Assembly (NCBI GenBank): GCA_963823555.1
Contig: CAWGMA010000001.1
Coordinates: 608,001-672,000, forward strand
DNA: 64,000 bases
Direction of reading: 5' to 3'
DNA from: Candidatus Eiseniibacteriota bacterium
Lineage (GTDB): Bacteria > Eisenbacteria > RBG-16-71-46 > CAVPCR01
Positions 51,279 to 61,207 of the stretch are shown one piece after another. How positions within the stretch are numbered: the stretch's first letter is position 1; the number at the start of each line of letters is the position of its first letter. A model generated the notes under the pieces. The model saw only the letters and a program-made list of their open reading frames with translations, searched no databases and was not told where the DNA came from. Made by a program: the position numbers and the translations under genes.

Positions 51279-51779
51279 CTAGCGGGGCCAGCGCTCCACC
51301 TGCCGCCGATGGCGCAGCAGGTGCACGATTGCATGTTCGAGAATCATCTCCGGGTCGTAGGTCGGACCCCAGCGCACCGGAAAGCGAATGGCGGCCACGG
51401 TGGCCTCGTCTGCATGGTAGAGGCCATCGAGAGCGCCCTCTGTGTAGCGCAGTGCGTCGGCCAGGCGAGCGCGCACGTCGTTCGTCATGCCGAGCAGAGC
51501 TGGATCGAGCTCCACCTTCTCCTCGTGGGTGAGCCCGCGCGCCTTGCGGATGTAGTTGGCATAGCCGCGCGCGGCACGAACCACGTGCGCCGCCAGGGCG
51601 CGGATGGATCTGGTGTCGGGATCCTGGCTCGCCTGCTCCCAGTCCAGAGCGCCGGCCGGCAGCCCCTCCAGGATCCGGCAGAAATCCTCGGCGGCGCGCG
51701 CATACTCGTCCATCAGCGCCCCGAACGGCCCGGGAAGCCCGGGCCGCGACAGGAACTGAGCTCCTGCGGTCGGCATCAC
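51279..51779 (-). CDS. DinB family protein
   Basis: SIRALAAHV...ILEHAIVHLLRHRRQ. Confidence 0.75.
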   Translation of the reverse strand: MMPTAGAQFLSRPGLPGPFGALMDEYARAAEDFCRILEGLPAGALDWEQASQDPDTRSIRALAAHVVRAARGYANYIRKARGLTHEEKVELDPALLGMTNDVRARLADALRYTEGALDGLYHADEATVAAIRFPVRWGPTYDPEMILEHAIVHLLRHRRQVERWPR

Positions 51780-51785
51780 TTACCT

Positions 51786-52784
51786 CTAGTGCGGCACGCG
51801 ATCGATCAGCATGAGCGCGATGATCGCCGGCAAGTAGAGCACGGAGTAGAGGAAGACCCGGCGCGCGGCGCGATCCTCGCCCGTGCGAGCGAGAACCACC
51901 GCCAGGGCGACGAACAGAGCGCCCAGGAGCGCAGCGCCGGCGAAGTAGATGCGCCCCGTCATCCCGATCCAGGTCGGGATCAGGCTCACCACGGTGAGGA
52001 GGATGCTGGTCCCGGTGATCTGGCGGAATGTCCACTTACCACTGGGATCGATCACCGGCCACATTGGAAACCGCCCGCGGGCGTAGTCCTCGCGGTAGAG
52101 CCAGGCGATGGCGAAGAAGTGGGGGAGCTGCCAGACGAACAGGAGCGCGAAGAGAGCGACCGCTCCCGCCCCCAGCTCGCCGCGCGCGGCCACCCACCCG
52201 ATCACGGGCGGCAGGGCTCCGGGGATCGCGCCGACCGCCGTGCACCAGGGAGTCGTGCGCTTGAGTGGTGTGTAGGCGAACACATAGCTCACCAGCGTGA
52301 TCGCCGCGACCAGGCTCGCGGCCGGATGGACCGCCACGGCGAGCCACACGATGCCGAGCGCCGAGAGATCCACGGCGAAGATGAGCGCCTCGCCGGGTCC
52401 CAGCCGGCCGCTCGGTAGGGGCCGCCGCCGGGTGCGATGCATGCGCGCGTCGGCCTCGCGCTCGAGGAACTGATTGAGCGCGCTGGCTCCCCCCGCGACG
52501 AGGCCGGTGGCAACGAGCAGGTGCACGAGCCGACCCACTTCCGGGAAGCTCGCCGCACCGAGCGTGTAGCCCAGGAGCGTGGTCACCAGGACCAGCGTGG
52601 TGATACGCGGCTTCGTGAGCTGCGAGAAATCGGCGGCCCGGGCGACGGCAGCGCCGACCTCGCCGCGCGGTGAGTCGACGGCGGGCTGATCCGTGCCCCG
52701 GGCTCCTCGTCCAGGGAGGGGGCCCGGCGGGGACGTCGTCATCGTCCCGGTGCGTGATGCGGAGGCAAGTGGGGATCGACTCAT
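51786..52784 (-). CDS. ctaB: Protoheme IX farnesyltransferase (heme O synthase)
   Basis: LTKPRI, DARMHRTRRRPLPSG, YTPLKR, WQLPHF, EDY. Confidence 0.95.
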   Translation of the reverse strand: MSRSPLASASRTGTMTTSPPGPLPGRGARGTDQPAVDSPRGEVGAAVARAADFSQLTKPRITTLVLVTTLLGYTLGAASFPEVGRLVHLLVATGLVAGGASALNQFLEREADARMHRTRRRPLPSGRLGPGEALIFAVDLSALGIVWLAVAVHPAASLVAAITLVSYVFAYTPLKRTTPWCTAVGAIPGALPPVIGWVAARGELGAGAVALFALLFVWQLPHFFAIAWLYREDYARGRFPMWPVIDPSGKWTFRQITGTSILLTVVSLIPTWIGMTGRIYFAGAALLGALFVALAVVLARTGEDRAARRVFLYSVLYLPAIIALMLIDRVPH

Positions 52785-53797
52785 GCGCCTGAGGTCGCTG
52801 GGCGATTCACCAGCGAGCGGGAAGCGGCGCCGATCGGGGCCGCGGGTTCGAGGACGCTACGTCGGCTCATGAGCGCCATGATCAGGCTCGTCCCGAGCAG
52901 CGCGGCGCCGACTGTCACGTGTGCGGTCGCCGGCAGCACGGCCAGCTTGGTCAGCACGGTGAGTGCGCCGAAGGTGATCTGAGCGACCAGGAGCACGAGC
53001 AGGAGGACGGAGCCTCTGCGGACCCCACGCGGTGCGCGGCTCTCGGTCAGAGCACGCACCACGGTGAGGACGACGAGAGCTGTAACCAGGAGCGCCCCCA
53101 TCCGGTGCACGAACTGAATCGCAACCAGCGAGGAGGTGAAGGGTGGAATCAGGTGGCCGTTGGCCAGCGGGAAATCGCTGATCGCGAGACCGGCCTTGGT
53201 GTGCCGCGTCAGGGCCCCGAGGATGAGCTGCACGTAGATCGTCGCTGTCGTGACGGTGGTGAGCGCGACGAGCCGGGGAGAGACATACCCCTCGCCGGCG
53301 TGCGCCCGCCATCCGCCTGGCTCGGCGCTCAGCCAGGCCGGAGAGGTGACGACGGCGATCGTCACGAGTAGGCAGAAGAAGGCCTGGGCGACACAGGCGT
53401 GCAGAACGGAGATCGCCGTGGGCAGGAGAAAGAGCACGGTGATTCCGCCGAGGAGCCCCTGCGTGATGACCGCGGCGAGCGCGAAGAGACCGAGGCGGCG
53501 GACCCACAGCCGCGGTTCGCTCTTCTTGAGCCACATGACGAGGATGATGGTGAGAAGGCCGACCGTCGTCGCCACCATACGGTGCCCGTGCTCGTAGAGA
53601 ATCCCACCGACCATGGGCGGGAAGACCTTGCCATAGGAGAGTGGCCAGTCGGGAACGGCGAGCCCGGAGCCGGTCGATGTCACGAGCCCGCCCGCAGTGA
53701 TGAGAGCCAGCGTGGCCACGGCCGTGAGGACGGCATAGATATGGAGCGCGCTGGCCCGTCGGTTGGGCTCGGCCGTGCTCGCTACGCGTTCACTCAT
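52781..53797 (-). CDS. ctaA: COX15/CtaA family heme A synthase
   Basis: SGLAVPDWP, EHGHR, QGLLGG, VHRMGA, AHV. Confidence 0.88.
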   Translation of the reverse strand: MSERVASTAEPNRRASALHIYAVLTAVATLALITAGGLVTSTGSGLAVPDWPLSYGKVFPPMVGGILYEHGHRMVATTVGLLTIILVMWLKKSEPRLWVRRLGLFALAAVITQGLLGGITVLFLLPTAISVLHACVAQAFFCLLVTIAVVTSPAWLSAEPGGWRAHAGEGYVSPRLVALTTVTTATIYVQLILGALTRHTKAGLAISDFPLANGHLIPPFTSSLVAIQFVHRMGALLVTALVVLTVVRALTESRAPRGVRRGSVLLLVLLVAQITFGALTVLTKLAVLPATAHVTVGAALLGTSLIMALMSRRSVLEPAAPIGAASRSLVNRPATSGA

Positions 53798-53835
53798 CTC
53801 TGGTTCTCCCAAAGTCTGCTCGAGAACGCCGGCAT

Positions 53836-54651
53836 CTAGCTCGTGACCTGGAACGTGAAACCGAGCTCGACCGGAACCCCGGCGGTGACGGTCACGGATT
53901 GCGTCTTCACCCCGAGCTGCTCGTGCCAGGCCTCGATCAGATACGAACCCGGCGGCAGGTCCGAGATCGTGAACGCCCCCCCGTCGCCGCTCACGGCGAA
54001 GAACGGGTGGGTCAGGACTCCAGCCCAGCATTCCATCCATGGGTGCACATCGCACTTGATGCGAACCATGATCTCCTCGCTCGTGAATGACTTTCTGACC
54101 TTCATGCCCTGATCCGGCAACCCGACATTGAAGGCTCGATTGGTCTGGGCGAGCGAGTGGACATTGTGCAGCGTGCCGTCGGAGTTCACGATCGTGAGTT
54201 CCTGGCCGACCATGATTCCGAAGACGTGCGGCCGATACTGGCAGCCGACCTGATCGAGGACCACGGGCTCAGCCGGCGGCGCGTACCGGACACCGTCGGG
54301 AAGGCCTTCCTTCACGTAGACGAAGACGTTGCGCAGGGTCCCGTCCGGATTGGTGACGAGGCCCTCCGCCATCGGGGCGGCGGCATGCTGGGTCTTGCAG
54401 TAGGGATCGGCCGCCATGTCGAGAGCATGACCGGCGGGGGCCGCGCCTTCGAGGCGCACCGTGCCGGTGATCGCGGTTCCCGATCCGGCCGCCGGGAGCG
54501 GAGTCGTCTCGGCGGTCACCGGGGCGGCCCCTTGATCCCGGTCGCCCGCGGCGCCCCCGGCTGCCGGGTGTTCCCCGCTGCCGCAACCGCCTCCCAGGAC
54601 CAAGCTCAAGGCCAATGATCCTAGGAGCCCTAGGGGCGACTTCGCTGGCAC
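53836..54651 (-). CDS. Lipoprotein with cupredoxin-like/carboxypeptidase-regulatory-like domain
   Basis: GGGC lipobox, DQVGCQYRPHV, HNVH, CDVHPWM, AWHE. Confidence 0.75.
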   Translation of the reverse strand: MPAKSPLGLLGSLALSLVLGGGCGSGEHPAAGGAAGDRDQGAAPVTAETTPLPAAGSGTAITGTVRLEGAAPAGHALDMAADPYCKTQHAAAPMAEGLVTNPDGTLRNVFVYVKEGLPDGVRYAPPAEPVVLDQVGCQYRPHVFGIMVGQELTIVNSDGTLHNVHSLAQTNRAFNVGLPDQGMKVRKSFTSEEIMVRIKCDVHPWMECWAGVLTHPFFAVSGDGGAFTISDLPPGSYLIEAWHEQLGVKTQSVTVTAGVPVELGFTFQVTS

Positions 54652-54949
54652 CAGGAGCTCTCCTCCGGTTGCGGGACTTGATCTCGGGATGAAATGTGGC
54701 GAGCAAGGGGATGACCAGGCGGTACGGGGCCTCTCCGAAGCCTCGGGGACCGACCGAACGAGGAAGGTTAGGCGAGGGGGCCCCTTCTTTCAATGGATTT
54801 CCCGGAGCCGCCGGCCTCGGCCCCAGAGCCCCCTGGATCCGGTGGCCGGATTCGCTCCTGATTCGCCTCGGCGGCGGCGGGGGATGCGGCGAGGCCGGGG
54901 ACCGCCTGGGCGCCGCCCCCCGGCCTCAGGTGCCGTCACCGAGCGCGGG

Positions 54950-56179
54950 CTAGTAGCGAATCTGCCACTGGGCCTTCACCGACCAGTCATCCGCCGTGTT
55001 CTCGCGCTCGTTGAAGATGTTGGTGAACTCGAGCTGCAACCGGTCCTTGTTGAGCTCGGGGTCGCCCAGGATGTGGAAGCCGACGGCTACCGCGAGCTCG
55101 GTCTGGGAGTTCTGGTCCGCATCCACATCGGGGTCGTAGTCGGCGAGCCGACCCCCGATCTCCCACCCCTTGAGGGCGCCTTCCCGGCGCCAGAGCATGT
55201 TGCCGGAGACCTGCATGCCGCGCTGGGTGTAGCCGGCATCGCCCGGCGTCGGCAGGGACGAGCCGTCGGCCAGGGCGTTGCCCACATCCCGGGCGAAGAC
55301 GCGGGTGTTGGTGCCCTGGAGCACCTCGCCCTCGACGATGAGGCGGCTCGTGGTGAACTGGCGGGTGAAGTTGCCATCAGCTCCCCATACCGAGGTCCAT
55401 TCGGTGTAGCCCGCCTCCTCGGGGAGCACGAAGCGGCTGGCGCCATAGCTGTAGATGCCGCCGCTCAGGATCGGATTGGCGAGATAGGATCCTGCGATCT
55501 CCACGCCGGGCAGGATCGCGTACTCGGCCCGCCCGCCGAACACCTTGCCATCGTTCAGATCGCGGAAGTCGAAGGGATTGTTCTTTCCTTCGCCATTCCA
55601 CACCCCCGCGTAGTACTCGAGGGGGATGTCGTGTCCGTAGAAATTCCCCTGCACCATGACGCCGACGTCACGGGCGATCCACAGGCTGCGCGAGAAGTTG
55701 GAGTTGACGACCGGACTGCGGTCGACGACGAGCTGGTCGCTCGAGGACCGCAGTTCCTCGCGGCTGATCGGCATCTTGAATTGACCGAGCAGGATCGCGA
55801 AGGCATCCGATTGCGTGTACTGCATGTAGGCATCTTCGAGCACCTGTCCGCCTTCGCCAGGCAGGACATCGGCGAAGAGTCGCGCGAATTCCTGTAGGGC
55901 AAGCTGGACACGGACACGGAAGTGCTCGTTCCAGTCTCCCGTGACGCGCAGGCGCAGGCGTCGGAGCCGGAAGTAGTTCTGATCGAAGGACCCGATCTGG
56001 CCGCGCTCCCCGATGTGATCGTATTGCCAGCGGACCTGGGCGAATCCCTCGATTCCGAGCTTCTTGTCGGCATAGCCGGCCGTGGCCTCGGCTCCTGCCA
56101 GCGCGACAGGGACCGCCACCCCGGATAATGCGGCGCAGGCGGCGATGGCGACGGCGGCCTTGGCCCATGAGCTACCCAT
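54950..56179 (-). CDS. Phosphate-selective porin O/P-like protein
   Basis: Signal peptide, FRLRRLRL, LEDAY, GQFKMP, RDVG, C-terminal WQIRY; Pho context. Confidence 0.8.
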   Translation of the reverse strand: MGSSWAKAAVAIAACAALSGVAVPVALAGAEATAGYADKKLGIEGFAQVRWQYDHIGERGQIGSFDQNYFRLRRLRLRVTGDWNEHFRVRVQLALQEFARLFADVLPGEGGQVLEDAYMQYTQSDAFAILLGQFKMPISREELRSSSDQLVVDRSPVVNSNFSRSLWIARDVGVMVQGNFYGHDIPLEYYAGVWNGEGKNNPFDFRDLNDGKVFGGRAEYAILPGVEIAGSYLANPILSGGIYSYGASRFVLPEEAGYTEWTSVWGADGNFTRQFTTSRLIVEGEVLQGTNTRVFARDVGNALADGSSLPTPGDAGYTQRGMQVSGNMLWRREGALKGWEIGGRLADYDPDVDADQNSQTELAVAVGFHILGDPELNKDRLQLEFTNIFNERENTADDWSVKAQWQIRY

Positions 56180-56280
56180 AACCCGATCTCCTTGTGGGTC
56201 TGCGAGCGACTTTGACACTGAGGCCTGAGCGACCGGCGGCGCGGGCCTCTGCCGGCCAGCGTGGAAAGCTACGGCCGGAA

Positions 56281-56308
56281 TGTGGCGGTCAGGTCACACT
56301 CGCGGTAC
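56281..56308 (-). promoter_or_regulatory. Pho-box-like 11-bp-periodic motif upstream of the porin
   Basis: Minus strand GTACCGCGAGT-GTGACCTGACC-GCCACA, matching the pstS upstream motif. Confidence 0.65.
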
Positions 56309-56674
56309 AAGTTGGCTGCGAGCGGGCTGGGCCGGGGCGGGGAAGCGGGCGAGGGAGAGGAGGGGACGGGGCTGTGCGGCTGGGAGCTGGCGACCGGGGC
56401 GGAGGAGTACCTCCAGGAGCAAAGAAAAAGCCCCCGCAGGCTCGACCCGTTGGCCGCAAACGGGCTGTCGCGCTACAGGGGCAAGATCAGTTTCGAGCAG
56501 CACAGCCGCTCAAATGACCGACATCATGATAAGGTACCGCGTTACTCTGCCGCAAGCGATTTGTAGGGTCAGCCCCCGCGGCGGTGGGAGCGACTCTCGT
56601 TTCATGTAACTGCGGACAATATCTTGTGGGTAGCACGGGTGACCGGCGCGCCGCACACGCCGAGGTTGGGGGAA

Positions 56675-57352
56675 ATGGCGAAGGTCTTGATCATCGATGA
56701 CGAGCCGGACATCGTCGATCTGGTGAGCCATCACCTCAAGGCCAACGGTCACGAGCCGGTCGGTGCCGGGTCTGCAGCCGAGGGCCTTCGGCTCGCTCTC
56801 GATCGGCCGGATCTGATCATCCTCGATCTCATGCTCCCGGACATGGAGGGCACCGAGGTGCTGCGGGCGCTCAAGGCCGAGGAACGGACGCGGACGATCC
56901 CGGTCATCTTCCTCTCGGCGCGCTCGAGCGAGGTCGACCGTGTCGTCGGTTTCGAACTCGGCGGCGAGGACTACGTGGCCAAGCCGTTCAGTGCGCGCGA
57001 GCTCATGCTGCGCATTCGCGCCGTCCTGCGCCGGCGAAAGGAAGTGGAAGAGGAAACCGCGTTGCGCAGCGGTGCGGTCTTTCTCGATCCCGCGGGCCAC
57101 CGGGTCGAGGTCGACGGATCGCCGATCGACTTGACCGCCACCGAGTTCAAGCTGCTGGCCTACCTCATGAAGCGGTCGGGGCGCGTCCTCGATCGCGATC
57201 GCCTCCTCGACGCGGTGTGGGGCCAGGATGTCTATGTCACGCAACGGACCGTCGATACTCATGTCCAGCGCCTGCGGCAGAAGCTTGGCGCGTCGGGACA
57301 TCTGATCGAAACCGTCCGCGGTGTGGGATATCGGTTCAGCGATGAGCATTGA
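56675..57352 (+). CDS. phoB: OmpR/PhoB family response regulator
   Basis: DDE, LDLMLP, KPFS, LTATEF, RTVDTHVQRLR, TVRGVGY. Confidence 0.85.
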   Translation: MAKVLIIDDEPDIVDLVSHHLKANGHEPVGAGSAAEGLRLALDRPDLIILDLMLPDMEGTEVLRALKAEERTRTIPVIFLSARSSEVDRVVGFELGGEDYVAKPFSARELMLRIRAVLRRRKEVEEETALRSGAVFLDPAGHRVEVDGSPIDLTATEFKLLAYLMKRSGRVLDRDRLLDAVWGQDVYVTQRTVDTHVQRLRQKLGASGHLIETVRGVGYRFSDEH

Positions 57353-59228
57353 GCCGCGCCTGCCTGGAACCGAGGCGACCCAGGATTCGCCGGGCCTCAA
57401 GTTGCCGATCTCGATCCGCTTGGCCATGACGTACGTGCTCGTGGTCCTCGCGGTCGGGGCGCCCGCGGTTCTAGTCATCGATCGCAGCATCTCCGCCGGT
57501 CTCAACGAGCACCGTGACCGGGAGTTGCTCGCCCGCACGCGCTTGCTTGCGGACTACCTCGCGGGCGCCGAGGCCGCCGCCATGCTGGCCGCGGCGGCCG
57601 ATTCGGGGGGAACGGCCCGGGCCCGCGCCGTGGCTCAGCTCGATCCGCTCGCCGATCGCATGGCGCCTGTCTCCGGTGGGCGCGTCATTCTCTTTGCCCA
57701 TGACGGCCGGGTGGTGGGGGATTCCGACCTCGATCCCGGGGTGATCCTTGCGACTCGCGATCCAGTGACCCGCCCGGAGGTGTTGCTCGCGCTCACGCAG
57801 GGCGAGAGCCTCGAACTCCGCGGCCGCGGTCAGCTGGCCTTCGCTTATGCTGCCGTTGCCTTTCCGGCGGGAGAAGAAAGGGCGGTCGTGAGCCTGGTCG
57901 AGCCCCAATCCGAGGTGGACGCCCTGATTCGCGGCATCCGTCGCCGGATCCTGCTCGCCGCGGGCTCCGCGCTCGTGCTCGGGCTGCTCCTGAGTCTGGC
58001 GGTCGGCCGCGCCGTCTCGGCCCCGCTCCGCAACATGACGCATGTCGCCCAGCAGCTCGCCCGTGGGTCGCGCGCCGAACGGCTGCGCGTACGCCCTGGC
58101 GACGAGCTGGGGGATCTGGCCACGGCGCTCAACCGGCTGAGTGCGGATCGCGCCCGCACCGTGAGCGAGCTCGAGAGCGAGAAGGAGCAACTGCGCGGCG
58201 TGCTCGAGGGTATGGCGGAGGGGGTGCTCCTGGTGGGTGACGGCGGCCGTATTCTCCTGGCCAACGCCGCGGCGCGGGGCGCGCTGCCCCATGGCGAGGA
58301 GCTCGCGGGCCGCACCCCGCTCGAGGTGACTCGCTCTCCCGAGCTCGACCAGCTATTGAACTCGGTGCGCGCCAGCGGGGAGCCGGCCCGGGGGCAGGTC
58401 AGCCTCGGGGGTGGGGCGCGTGCTTTCGATGCGGGGGTCATCCCGCTGGCCGGGGCCGAGGGTGGACTGGTCGTCGTCCTGCATGACATCACCGATCTCA
58501 AGCGGCTGGAGACGGTGCGCCGCGAGTTCGTCGCCAATATCTCCCACGAGCTGCGTACGCCGCTCACGGCCATCCGCGGATTCATCGATACGCTGGCCGG
58601 CGACCCGCATCTCGAACCGGAGGAGCGCCACCGCTTCGTCGCCGCCGCGGCGCGCAATGCGGTCCGGCTCTCGAATCTGGTCGACGATCTTCTTACCCTG
58701 GCTCGGCTGGATAGCCCGGAGTTTCAGCTCGAGCTCGTGCCATGCCGGGTGGACGTCGCCGTCGAACATGTCCTCGAGCTGCACGAAGCGAAGGGCCGAG
58801 GAAAGCGGCTCGTCCTGAGCGCCGAGCTCGAGCCCGACCTGCCGCCGGCTCTGGCCGACCCGGCCGCTCTCGAGCAGATCCTCTCGAACCTCATCGACAA
58901 CGCGATCAAGTACAACCGCGAGGGCGGTACGGTGAAGGTGAGAGCGGTGCGCGCGGGGGATCAGGTGCGGGTGGCGGTGGAGGATTCGGGGATGGGCATC
59001 GCCTCCATCCATCTGCCTCGTATCTTCGAGCGGCTCTATCGCGTCGATCCCGGCCGCTCGCGGGCGGAGGGTGGAACCGGACTCGGACTCGCCATCGTCA
59101 AGCATCTCGTGCTCAAGCACGGGGGCGACGTCTGGGTGACGAGCGAGCCGGGGGTCGGTTCGACCTTCTGGTTCACGCTCCGGCTCGACCTGCCCCTTCG
59201 CCGTGCGGGCGAACCGCGCGTGACCTAG
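57342..59228 (+). CDS. phoR: PhoR-like HAMP-PAS sensor kinase
   Basis: Two TMs, [37 protein letters not shown]. Confidence 0.88.
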   Translation: MSIEPRLPGTEATQDSPGLKLPISIRLAMTYVLVVLAVGAPAVLVIDRSISAGLNEHRDRELLARTRLLADYLAGAEAAAMLAAAADSGGTARARAVAQLDPLADRMAPVSGGRVILFAHDGRVVGDSDLDPGVILATRDPVTRPEVLLALTQGESLELRGRGQLAFAYAAVAFPAGEERAVVSLVEPQSEVDALIRGIRRRILLAAGSALVLGLLLSLAVGRAVSAPLRNMTHVAQQLARGSRAERLRVRPGDELGDLATALNRLSADRARTVSELESEKEQLRGVLEGMAEGVLLVGDGGRILLANAAARGALPHGEELAGRTPLEVTRSPELDQLLNSVRASGEPARGQVSLGGGARAFDAGVIPLAGAEGGLVVVLHDITDLKRLETVRREFVANISHELRTPLTAIRGFIDTLAGDPHLEPEERHRFVAAAARNAVRLSNLVDDLLTLARLDSPEFQLELVPCRVDVAVEHVLELHEAKGRGKRLVLSAELEPDLPPALADPAALEQILSNLIDNAIKYNREGGTVKVRAVRAGDQVRVAVEDSGMGIASIHLPRIFERLYRVDPGRSRAEGGTGLGLAIVKHLVLKHGGDVWVTSEPGVGSTFWFTLRLDLPLRRAGEPRVT

Positions 59229-59911
59229 TCGGCAGGTGGGGGATCGAACCGGTAGCCGAAGCCGCGCACCGTCTGGATCATGTCACCGGCCGATCCGAGT
59301 TTTCCTCGCAGGTTGGCGATGTGCGCATCCACGGTGCGCGGGCCGATGTAGACATCGGTACCCCAGACCTCATCGAGGAGACGGTCGCGTTCGTGAACGC
59401 GACCCGGGTGAGCGGTGAAGAAGCGCAGGAGACGGAACTCGGTGGCGGTGAGGGTGATCTCGTGCCCATCGACCAGGACGCGGTGCTGGGCCCGGTCGAT
59501 GGTCAAGGGTCCGATGACCAGGGCCTTCTCGCCTTCGGTCTCGGCGCTGCGTGTGAGGACGGCGCGCACGCGGAGCACGAGCTCGCGCGGGCTGAACGGC
59601 TTGGGCACGTAGTCGACGGCGCCGAGCTCGAGCCCCAGGACGCGGTCCTCGGTCGAGCCGCGGGCGGAGAGAATGACCACGGGAACCGTGCTGAGGTGGC
59701 GGTCCCGGCCCATCATCTGCAGCAACTCGAGCCCCGACATGTCCGGGAGCATCAGATCCAGGATGACGAGATCGGGAGCGCCTCGCCTGAGCTCGGAGCG
59801 GGCTTGCTCTCCGGTCTCGGCCTGGAGGACGTTGAACCCGGCGCGACTCAGATGAAAGGCCACGAGCTCGAGAACATCGGGCTCGTCCTCGACGACGAGA
59901 ACGGATTTCAT
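59225..59911 (-). CDS. Second OmpR/PhoB family response regulator
   Basis: VEDE, LDLMLP, KPFSPREL, RTVDAHIANLR, TVRGFGY. Confidence 0.9.
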   Translation of the reverse strand: MKSVLVVEDEPDVLELVAFHLSRAGFNVLQAETGEQARSELRRGAPDLVILDLMLPDMSGLELLQMMGRDRHLSTVPVVILSARGSTEDRVLGLELGAVDYVPKPFSPRELVLRVRAVLTRSAETEGEKALVIGPLTIDRAQHRVLVDGHEITLTATEFRLLRFFTAHPGRVHERDRLLDEVWGTDVYIGPRTVDAHIANLRGKLGSAGDMIQTVRGFGYRFDPPPAD

Positions 59912-60110
59912 GGCGGCCGTCGGACTGATGATCGGGGTGCGCAGAGCGCTGGCTTGAGCTTCCACAGGGGAATTATCGCCCCCAGCCCTCAACGCCGATG
60001 TCTAGGTTGTTCGAACTTCCTGTCACGAATGACGATTCTCCCTCAGCGGCCGCCCCGCCGTCCTAAGTGCTTGCCGGTGAAGGAGGAGACTCCTGGCAGC
60101 GACCGGCGAC

Positions 60111-60149
60111 ATCACGCAAACGTACCCGGCCCGTGACATGACTGTCACA
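60111..60149 (+). promoter_or_regulatory. Pho-box-like 11-bp-periodic motif upstream of pstS
   Basis: ATCACG (60111), GTACCC (60122), GTGACA (60133), GTCACA (60144). Confidence 0.7.
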
Positions 60150-60296
60150 CAGCTCGCCGATCATCATTGCCGTTCAGTGCAGTAATCCGCCGGGGAGCGG
60201 CCCTGTGGCCAGGCCGCTGTCCGCCACGCCGAGGAGTGCGCGTGTGCGGTGAGCCCCTCCAGTCGGCTCGGCGGCCACGCGGAGGTCAGATCCAAT

Positions 60297-61181
60297 ATGA
60301 TTCGTCAGGCCCTCATGCCGCTCGTTCTCGCGGGGCTCGTTGCCGCCGTTCCTGCTCACGCCGGGAACATCACCGTGAAGGGATCGGACACCATGGTGCT
60401 GCTCGCCCAGCGCTGGGCCGAGAAGTACATGGAGCAGCACAAGGACGTCACCATCCAGGTCACCGGCGGTGGGTCGGGGACCGGCATTGCCGCCCTTCTC
60501 AACAAGACGACCGATATCGCCAATGCAAGCCGCCCGATCAAGGCTGCCGAGAAGAAGAGCGGTCGGGAGTCCGGCATCGACATCGTCGAGACCAAGGTGG
60601 CGATGGATGCCCTGAGCGTCGTCGTCAACAAGGACAGTCCGATCAACGAGCTCACGATGAACCAGCTCAAGGCCATCTACACGGGCGCCATCAACAACTG
60701 GAAGGACCTGGGCGGTCCGAATCAGGCCATCGTGCGCTACAGCCGGGAGTCGAACAGCGGCACCTACGTCTTCTTCAAGGAGCATGTGCTTGGCAACCAG
60801 GACTATGCTGCGGATTGTCAGAACATGCCCGGCACGGCGGCGGTGACCACGGCAGTGGCCGCGGATCCCGCCGGGATCGGTTATGGCGGTGTTGCCTACT
60901 TCTTGACTCAGCCCAGCGTCCGGATCATCAATGTCAAGAAAGAGAAGGACGCGCCGGCCGTTTCTCCAGTCGCCGCTGATGGCAAGTCGCTCGACTTCAA
61001 GGTCGTGTACTCCGGCGAGTATCCGATCGCGCGTTACCTCTACTGCTACACGGCTGGCAAGCCGAAGGGCGCGCTCGCCGAGTACATGAGCTGGGTCCTG
61101 GGCACCGAGGGGCAGAAGGTCGCCGAGGAGCTCGGATACGTTCCGCTTCAATCCGCGACGACGGCCGGCGGGACGGACTGA
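60297..61181 (+). CDS. pstS: Phosphate ABC transporter substrate-binding protein
   Basis: KGSDTM, GGGSGTG, ASR, RESNSGT, YPIARYL. Confidence 0.95.
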   Translation: MIRQALMPLVLAGLVAAVPAHAGNITVKGSDTMVLLAQRWAEKYMEQHKDVTIQVTGGGSGTGIAALLNKTTDIANASRPIKAAEKKSGRESGIDIVETKVAMDALSVVVNKDSPINELTMNQLKAIYTGAINNWKDLGGPNQAIVRYSRESNSGTYVFFKEHVLGNQDYAADCQNMPGTAAVTTAVAADPAGIGYGGVAYFLTQPSVRIINVKKEKDAPAVSPVAADGKSLDFKVVYSGEYPIARYLYCYTAGKPKGALAEYMSWVLGTEGQKVAEELGYVPLQSATTAGGTD

Positions 61182-61207
61182 CGTTCGGGCGCAGCTCTGA
61201 ACCAGGC

